Origin: the human T2T-CHM13v2.0 reference genome, Homo sapiens
Assembly (NCBI RefSeq): GCF_009914755.1
Contig: NC_060932.1
Direction: 5' to 3' (one strand)
DNA: 64,000 bases
Part shown: positions 55,012-64,000 of the stretch, piece by piece
Numbering within the stretch: the first letter of the stretch is position 1
Layout: every line of letters starts with the position of its first letter
Notes under the pieces: model-generated
Seen by the model: only the letters and a program-made list of their open reading frames with translations
Database searches by the model: none
Told to the model about the DNA's origin: nothing
Made by a program: the position numbers and the translations under genes

Positions 55012-58000
55012 AAATCCCATGTTACCAATGGCCACATGGCTTTCTTGGTCTCTCTGTAATAACCAACAGAGTTATTGTCAAGGCCATCAGGGCTTATATC
55101 TTTCTGATATCTAATATCTTTAGGAGTTTCTTTTGCTGTGAAAGTCAGGGAGAAGGAAGTAGATCATAATTCAGAGGTGGCTTCATATCTAAGGTGTAGA
55201 ATATGTAATTGGGGAACTTAATGAAAGATATATTTTACGGAAGTTGGCTTTTCAAACTTTTACTCACAGATCAGAAATCTATATTATTCATTGTAGACAA
55301 GTTTCATGGAATGGCACATGAGATACACTTCAATATTTTTCATTATTTTCTGTTTAATTTTATTTATTTATTTTAATTGTATGGTTTAAGCCACTAAATC
55401 GATTTCATGACCCACTCATGTGTCAAGAGCCAATATTTAGAAAAAAACAAATAAACTGTTCTAGGGATAACGACAAATATTGAGTTCACGCTTCTATTCC
55501 TAGTATTTTCTCCTGTTGCCAAAATACTTGTTCAATGGCTTAAAGGTCTTCCCAAAGCCCTCCATTTGCCAATATTTTTTAAAATGCTTCTGTTTAGAAG
55601 AGAGATAAATCCTCAAATAGATGTTGCATGTTCTCAACTCCTTCCAGCAATCCTTCAGCAGGTGTCTCTGTAGCAACTGTCAGTGAAGAAAAAGGCCGAG
55701 ACTGGATTTAAAGCTGTGTAGACAGGGTAGAAGAAGAGAAGCATGAGATGTTATCAGAAAACAAAGTAGTGTTCTTATGACAAAAAGAGATTCTGAAATC
55801 TCACCTGAAAGTCACAATAGTGTGCAAAAGTCCTGATCAATGTTCTTGCCTAAGCATTGCCTAACACCAAGTTCACACTGACAGTACTTCTATTTGTATT
55901 CCTATCTCATAGTAAGGAAATACAGCTTTCATTTATTATTATACACATGCCTTTCCAACCATCTTCAGTATAAAGAATTATCCTCCAAAAATTGAGCAAA
56001 GGTTTGAACAATTCTCATAACTGTGTTAGAACTGAGATGAGATTACAATGCTATTTTGTTGTATTGTGGCCAGGGAAGCCCATAATATTTGAATTTGTCC
56101 CCAGGACATAGCAACGCCTACCCAAAAGGTCTCTGGGAGAAATATTTGGCAAAGAAAATAAGTATAACAGCAAATCATTAGCTGGAACTTTTTCTTAAAA
56201 TCCAAGAGAAGGGAACTATGATGAACTGGGGTGGACCACAGGAAGGAGTCAGTTTTTCTAAACCACTTGTGTTTTGCTTCAGTGATTTCACCTTCTACTA
56301 AGTATATTTCAAATAATTTCATTTATTCATAATTTGTATCAAATTATCCAGTATTTTTCCTCCTTCGGAAGGAGCAAGAAAAAGAAAACAAGGAGGAGTT
56401 TGATAGTATTTCTTCACTCAAGAGCCTACAGAATTATCTATTTGAGATTTTTAAAAAAAGAAAGGAAAAGAACTACTTGAGAAGAATTTCATCTGCATTA
56501 TAGATTAAACTACATCCTTTTACTCTGTGTTCATCAATTACAGCTACTATCCATTCATCACTAAAAGCTAAGCCTAGTCGTTTCTAGTTTGTTCTCATCA
56601 TTCTTGTTCTGAGTCCTTGTTTTCCTCTGCTTCCTCACTCCATGTTGATCTATGTCCCAAGCTGACCCATGCTGGTCTACTTCATTAAATCAGAGCTGTT
56701 GTGCTTACTGTGAAATATTTTTGTTTCTTCTTCTCTAATTGCTCAATGTGCAATCTTTAACTTGTCATGTCTTGATCTTCATTATTGTAGCTGTGTTTGT
56801 TATGATGTATGAGATGCTGAAGTGATAAAGGCACATCTGCAGCACTGCATGTCCCCCTCAGGTAATGTCTTCCACAAGATGCTGCATGTGCTGCTGGAGA
56901 GAAGAGTAGGGGATGGTTAGGGGCCCCTGGAAAGGAAAAAATCCTCTTTGGATGCTACTCTAAAAAAACTCTCACTCATCACCAATGCCTCCTTCACAAT
57001 TGTTTCCTTGTCACACTTTATTACTCTTTGGTTCCAGCAGCTGTAATTAAATATTGTCTACTGCTAATTTTGCTGCAGTTTTGCTATTCGACAGTTTCAT
57101 AGTGGATTCATTCTAGAAGAAAATTTTTAATTGCTCATTATTTTTAATAATATCTACCACCTAAAGAACACTTATCTTAGATCAGGCGCTGTTTGGGGTA
57201 CTTTATGATCACTATCTCACTTAATCCATGCAATTTCAGTAAGTAACTATCATAGCACCCTTTTAATAAAAGAGAAATCTAGGATACGAAGGTTAAGTAA
57301 TTTGTCAAAACAAGCTAGAATTTGAACTGAATCTGTTGACTCCAAAGTCCATACCTTAATTGTCATGCTAGGATGCCTCTAAGAGATCAGACTATATACC
57401 TTTGGCTTTACTGAAACTATAGAATTTGGCCCCAGAGAACTCTCACACTGTAGTCACAACAGTGTGGCTTTTTAAAGCCCTTAGGTTTAATTGTCTGTGC
57501 TGTTAAAGTAATGAATCTCAAAGTCTTTGGAGGCAACCTCCTTTCATCCAACCCATTCCCTGGGTAGAGATAAGGGAAGAAAATTAACCAAGATGAAACT
57601 TTTCTATTTTTGTACACTCCTTACATTGTTAAATACTGACCTCCTTTTCTTTGTTCCTACTCCAAAAACTCTGGAGAAATATGTGCTACTGTCAGGGAAT
57701 CAGGGAACTCTCTGCACATCCTCTAATTACTCTGGCCCTTGTAGTTAGCTTACGATTGATATGTATTAGTAAACTAAAGATATTATTAGTAATATTGAGA
57801 AAAAAAAAGATCCTGAATCTAACTAGAACAGAGGTCAAATGAAAGGCAAACACACACTACATACGAGTCAGAGATGGATGACAACTACTGTCTAAATCAG
57901 AGTTCCAGGAAAGATTTTATGTGACTCCTGACTCAGACAGTCAAGGGAAAGCAATTTACATTTCATGCCTGAGACAGAACAATCTGTCACCTAGAAATAT

Positions 58001-59945
58001 TTGGGTCAGTAACATTAGCTGAGAATAAAATCATGACGAGAACATGAGAACAATTCTAAATAAACTAGATAACCAGAAAGATTCTGAAAGCAGAAATTTC
58101 CTTCCCATTCCTTTGAACTATATATAAATATTCCACCATGACAGGACTGGCAGATGATAGGTGGTTTACAAATTTCATCTGCATTAGAAAATAATTAGAT
58201 TTTCTGCATCTTTTATACTATGATGAATTTTACTCTCATTTGGAACAGTTAGCAGGAAGAAAAAAATGGTGTCTTAAGAAAGCAAATTGGGATGTGAAGA
58301 AACGTTTTTGGCACATACAAGTGTGAATAAAAAGAGAATAAATCAAAAATATTTTATTTTTTCATAAAATTACTCAGGATGCGGTCTCTAGCAATTTTAT
58401 ACTTAAACTTATCATTTTAAAAAAGTACGTACTTCGTAGATCTCTGGGTTCAAAAGAATTGGTTGTTGCTATGTACGAATGTTTTGTGGCAAAAATGATT
58501 AAAATCACGTAAGTGTAAATATTTGTTTAAAGCTGAAGCTATTGATAGCAGAGATGTCCCTGTTTACTATAAATCTTAGACTCAAATTATTCCACATTTA
58601 CTTGTTCTAAAAAGGATGTCATGCTTCCGTTTATTGTATACTCAGTATGGCTAACAGAGATTTTGACCACACCCAAAACTCTGCTGCATTGTGTAAGCAC
58701 TGCTTTATTGTATCCTAAAGCATCCCTTCTGCAGAAAACACCGAGCTGCCTCGTTATGGCTCCTCTTGAAGCTGCTTGGCTCAGCTGTCCTGCAGTTTTC
58801 TATTTGCACTCTATAGCCTCAAAGGTTGCTAAGCAGCAAGCAGTGCTTCTCTGCTCAGAGATCTGGTAACGTTTCAAGAGCTCCTTGCTCTAGGTTTTCT
58901 GTTTAATGTTAAAGAGATTTGATAAAGACATGTTGGTCAAGCTTTTATTTTAAATCTGTCCAAATTTCCTGATATAGTGGGCATTTTACTAACAGCACTT
59001 CATCTGCATTAGGGTCATAACACATGTTAGATTTCCAGCATTATTTAAAAATCCTCCAATCCAATAACCCCAGTTTACAGATGATGAAACTGACATGCAA
59101 AGAGCTGAAGCTAAATTTCTAATTTCCGGGAAAATAAATTTCTTATAGCCCTCAAAACCCAAACTCCAAGTACAAACTCTACTCTCAGAAAAGTCATCAG
59201 GGAGGTTGAGTTGCTGACCAGAAGTTGTTGTTGAATAAAGGGCTCTCTCAGTTATAAAAAGCCCTTCTAAAAACAGATTCTTTCCTTTTTTCTTTATCTC
59301 AGACCTGTCAGGAATTCAGAAAAATGCACGTAATACATATGCATTTTAATTAATTTAAATTCAGAAAGCACACAATTTCTCTGAAGCCCACCTACAAATT
59401 CTCTGAATTAAGAATGCCCTTTCTAAATGGCCTAGATGTCAAAAACACTTCATTGTTTATTTCTTCTTGCTCTTCATTGTTCCTAGAACTATGTTCCAGA
59501 AACTAATTGTTCAAGGAGACTTACATGTATTCAGATATTCCATCCTCTTAAAAATCTTGTAGGTTATTAGGATTATAATCATTTCACAGATAAAGCAACT
59601 GAAACTCAAAGACATTGAGTAACTTAACTAAGGTCGCAAAGCCAGTAAATGGCAATATCAAGATATCAAGATTCTAATCTACGCTGTCTGGCTCCAGAGC
59701 TGGAGCATCTTGTAACAACTAGGTATATAGTTTACGGGGCATCCATAATATGCCAATCACTTTTGCTAACTAATTTAAGTGTTTCCAAACCTTCTGACGA
59801 AGTTATCTTTATTATGGCCACTTTTCAGATGAGGAAATACACCTTTATAGGTAGGACGTCTAATGTTGATAAATCTAGTAAGTTACAAAAGTGAGATTTG
59901 GCCATGAATCTTCTAACATATCATGCAATATTATTTTGTCCACAG

Positions 59946-60135
59946 CAGCACTGTCCAGTAGTGCTTTCTACCTTGATGAAAATGTTCAGTATGGTGGCCT
60001 TTACTCACATGTGACTATTGAGCCCTTGCATTATAGCTAGTGTGACTGAAAAATTTATTTTTCATTTTAATTTTAACTGATTGTTGTTTAAATACGCACA
60101 TGTACTAGGAGCTACCATATTAGACAACAGCGCTC
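59946..60135. mobile_element. MER3-like hAT-Charlie
   Basis: cagcactgtccagtag...cacatgtgactattgagc...ctagtgtgactga...gctaccatattagaca. Confidence 0.7.
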
Positions 60136-60212
60136 TAGAGCCTTATTCCTCTAAATGTGATCCACGGTCCAGAACCATCAGCAGCACCTGAGGGCTGGTA
60201 GAAATGCAGATT

Positions 60213-60801
60213 TGTAGCGGTTAATTACAAGTCAACTTGACTGGGCTATGGTGTGCCCAAATAAAATGTTATTTCGGGTGTGTCTGTGAGGGTATGTCCA
60301 GATGAGATTCACATTCAAACCCAGTAGGCTAAGAAAGTTGGTGGCCCTCCCCAACAGGGTAGGCATCACTTTATTCATTGAGGGCTTAAGTAGAACAAAA
60401 GGTAGAAGAAGGTGAAAGAAATGCTTTGCCCCCTTATTTTTTTCTGTCTCACTGTATGGGCCAGGACATCTCCCCTCATCTTCCCCTGTCCCTGGACTGA
60501 GATTTACGCTATCAGTTCCCTCATTACCAGGACTTCAGACTCAGATTGCGTTACACCACAAGCTTCCTGGTTCCGCAGCTTGCAGATGGCAGATCATGGA
60601 CTTCTCAGCCTCCATAATGGTGTGAGCCAATTCTTCAAAATAAATAAATATGTACATCATTTTAAGTTACATTTTATATATTTATGTTTATATATGTGTG
60701 TATATATATGTGTATGTGTGTGTGTGAGTGTGTGTATGTGTCTGTGTGTCTGTGTGTGTGTGTTTTATTGGTTGTTTCTCTGGACAACCCTGACTAATGT
60801 A
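60213..60801 (+). mobile_element. MLT2B-like LTR with (TG)n, nested in MER5A (~60140-60895)
   Basis: gtcaacttgactgggcta...gtgtgtctgtgagggt...tttctctggacaaccctgactaat; TSD-like agatt/agact; MER5A flanks agaaatgcaga / cctcaccccagacctac. Confidence 0.82.
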
Positions 60802-61254
60802 AGACTCCTGGCCCTCACCCCAGACCTACGGAATCAAAGTCTAAATTTTAATAAGACCTCTAAGTATTCTATATGCACATTAAAGCTTGACAAATATAAC
60901 TCTAGATCACTTCACTTCTCATACTATTTGTCAAAGACAAGAGAATAAGCCATTTACCCTCAAGAGCCTTTACATTCCAATACTTTTCCAAATTAAACAT
61001 TAAGGATTTGACATTGGCCCAACCACCATAATGCATCACAAAACTCCCGATTTGAGGATGTGCCCTCACCCCTAAACTTTAAGAATCAGAAATATAAAAC
61101 TTACATATTAGCCTTCAGTGACAATGCAGGAATATCTAAATACCTATGAAGAGACAGCATGAACTTAGACTTCAAACGATATTAGTTGATCATTTCCTTA
61201 AAAGCTTTTCTTTTTTTAAAAAAATCATAAATTGACAAATATGAGTTAGTAAAA

Positions 61255-61427
61255 AGAGAAAGGGAGGAAGAGAGAGAGGGAGAGAGGAAAGAAAGAGAAT
61301 GGAAAAAGAAAGAGAGATAGGAAGAAGGGAGGTAGTAAGGAAACTGGAGAGAGGATGGAGAGAGGAAGGAAGAAAGGAAGGAAAGAGGGAAGGAAGGAAG
61401 GAAGGAAAGGGAGGGAGGAAGGAAGGA
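61255..61427. repeat. Polypurine GA/GGAA-rich tract
   Basis: Almost pure A/G on the + strand, including (GGAA)5 at 61388-61407. Confidence 0.9.
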
Positions 61428-62185
61428 TTATAATTGTTCACACTTACAATGAAACTGAAGACAAACAGTAAGAGTCAAAGAACATGACTTTGCATGAGAA
61501 ATTAAACCATGAATTTCAATCATTAAAATACTATAAGCATCTTACTGCTAAATACATCAGAAAAAAGAGAAAATAATTATCTTGGTTTAAAAAGGGGAAA
61601 ACACTTTAGTTTGCATTTTACAAACGATAAAAGAAATAACATGATGTTCTTACTTGATTCCATGTACTCTATACATTTTTTTTCCAAATTAGGTGGCAGG
61701 CCAGCCTAGTTGGCACTTTCTTTTAGATCCATTGCCCAGGTCTGCTTCTCTAGTATCAAATCGCTAATTTCATTTTCTTAATGTAGATCTAGTCGTATAT
61801 TAAAGAACCTGAAGTGATCTATCGCTTGACTGGTATAGTAACTACAATATAGAACAGATGTGAGAAGGTTCTTGTGCCATTCATTAAAAAGATGGGCCTT
61901 TTCTTTTCCACACCTACAAAGAAGTAAATAAGGAGCCCTGTCACAGTTAACGAAAAGTTGGAACAGGAATATACCTTTACATATGTCATGAAATACAAAT
62001 TATATCTTCCTCTCTCCTACCCAACTTCCATTGCTAGTTGAAAGTTTACGTCTTGCTACATTCGAGGCCCAGGGCCTGGCCTGCCTTCACTGTAGATTTC
62101 ATCCTCTCTTTCAGCAGCATTCACAAGTCAGCTGTCATGCCAGCTCAGCCTGGTGATTACCATTCCACAGACTTATGAAAATTCG

Positions 62186-62567
62186 TTGTGTTTGGACTGA
62201 ATGTTTGTATCCCCCCAAAATTTATACATTGAAGCTGTAACCCCCAATGTGACTGTATTTGGAAATAGGGCCTACAAGATGATTAAAGGTAAATGAGTTT
62301 ATAAAGGTGGAATTTAATCTAATAGGATTAGCTCCTTATAAGAAGGGACACTGGAGTGATTGCATTCTCAAAGGAAAGACCATCTAAGGCCTAAGTGGCT
62401 CTCTGCAAGCCAGGAAGACAGCCCTCACCAGAAACCAAACTCTGCCAAAAACTTGTTATTAAACTACCTAAAATATCCAGTTTCCAGAACTGTGAGAAAA
62501 CAGTTTTTTGTAGTTGAAGCCACACAGTCTGTGGTATTTCATTATGGCAGCCCGAGCAGACTAATAT
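62186..62567 (+). mobile_element. MLT1A/B-like LTR
   Basis: ggactgaatgtttgtatcccccc...gtatttggaaatagggcc...tccagaactgtgagaaaa...ttatggcagcccgagcagactaata. Confidence 0.85.
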
Positions 62568-62984
62568 AAATCCTTTTCTGGCATGGGCGTGAAGTGGTCA
62601 GCATGGACTCAAGGAACAGAGATCAGGAATCAGTCTTCTTCACAAGTTCAGGAATAGTAGAAAAAAATGGCCCAACTATTGACTAAACCATGGTGCAGCC
62701 CTCAACCTCAACTCTGGGCCCTGGCAGCAGATGACCTGGAGTGGACACTAACCTTGCTGCTGACAAAGTTAACACCCCACCTGCCTCACAGAAAAGGCTC
62801 CATGAGAAACTGGACCTGGTGAGGAGCAGGAGGCTCAGATAAGGGCCAGGTCGTTGGGGTGGACCTGGCACACCTCAAGTGGAAGAGAGGCACTACTATG
62901 CATTGACATATGAACCCCGTTTTACCCACACACAGGTTACCAATACACCCAAGAGAAAATAAGGATAAGCAGTGCCAACTAAAT

Positions 62985-63810
62985 TCAACACATATTTATT
63001 GATGCCTACCCTGTACTAGCCCAACTCACAACTACTGCAACACATTTATGTACATAGTATTACTGGATAACCGAGGAGAAGCAATGATAATAGTCTTGAA
63101 GGAAGAAGATGAGTAAAGAGATTTTCCTGAATGAGGCACTGTCAGAACTCAATTGCAAACATATGTAAGAAAAAGAAGGCAGAGATGGCAACATGAGTGT
63201 AAGCTAGGAAAGGAAAAACAGCATAGCAGATTTGGAGACCTCAGGCAAATTCATATCACTAAAAAGTAAATCATAACATGGAGACTAGTGCTATTTGAAG
63301 CTGGAGACATAGGTAAAAGTCAGATCATGAAGAGATGTAGGTACCATGTTAAGAAAGTGGGGCATTATCCTGTTGCTAATTAACATTAAGCAGATGAGTT
63401 ATGTATCACATGGAGGTGGTTTCAAAGGTAGTATGGGGAATAAATTGGTTTAAAAAACAATCAGAAATCTATTGACAAACCCAGGCAAGAGATGATGGCA
63501 AATGATAAAAGTGATTTATCTCTATAAGGTAGTAGTTGTTGAAATAAAGGATATGGGAAAAATTCAAGAAATATTGAGGAGGAAAATGGGCAGGATTACA
63601 CAATGATTGGATGTAGGAGACAAGAAAAGGAAAAGATAAAAACAATGTTTCTAGCTTAGATGACTGCATAGGTTACTGCCTCCAGGTGACAGAGAATATA
63701 AGAGGTGGCACAAAAATGAGTTCAGTTCTGGGAACATAAATTTTAAGTGTCTTTTGGACAGCTAAGAGGAGATATAAGGGCAGCAATTGCATATACAAGT
63801 TTGCATTTCA
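62985..63810. mobile_element. L2 LINE remnant
   Basis: attcaacacatatttattgatgcctac...ccaggcaagagatgatgg...tgagttcagttctgggaacat. Confidence 0.7.
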
Positions 63811-63822
63811 TTAGACACATCT

Positions 63823-64000
63823 ACTAGTCAATTCTCATGCTGCTATGACGAAACACCTGAGACAGGGTAATTTATAAAGGAAAGACGTTTAATTGACTCA
63901 CAGTTCTGCATGGCTGGGGAGGCCTCAGGAAACCTACTGCCATGGTGGAAAGGGAAGCAAATACGCCCTTCTTCAAGTGGCAGCAGGAGAGAAAAGTGCA
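63823..64000 (-). mobile_element. THE1/MST MaLR LTR, cut by the window edge
   Basis: gagacagggtaatttataaaggaaagacgtttaattgactcacagttctgcatggctggggaggcctcaggaa. Confidence 0.88.

Noticed and set aside
60412-60948. 178-aa ORF with a hydrophobic CV-repeat
   Set aside because: Reads through an MLT2 LTR and a (TG)n microsatellite

Overview
Primate genomic DNA, human or great-ape-like judging from AluY, LTR12C and LTR7/HERV-H. It is AT-rich and repeat-dense. I see no protein-coding gene, tRNA, rRNA, snRNA or CRISPR array, and nearly all listed ORFs are repeat-derived or chance. The main feature is a structurally complete, internally deleted HERV-H provirus on the minus strand (23464-29044). It has two ~435-bp LTR7-family LTRs (probably LTR7Y), a 5-bp TSD (ATAGG), a tRNA-His PBS, a PPT and gag/pro/pol remnants. 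Its leader has an ATG and an intact GT-AG intron that together give a predicted 196-aa spliced ORF resembling the ESRG-type HERV-H leader ORF. About 8 kb downstream on the same strand, a solo LTR12C (13747-15150, TSD AGAC) has inserted into an AluY, and its TATA/GATA core looks damaged. The rest is nested L1/Alu/MaLR/MER/MIR/L2 fossils plus several repeat-poor stretches that may be regulatory. Subfamily names come from remembered consensus sequences, and boundaries of the old repeats are approximate. I found no convincing novel biological system; the best leads are ERV-driven transcription and several template-switch hairpins.
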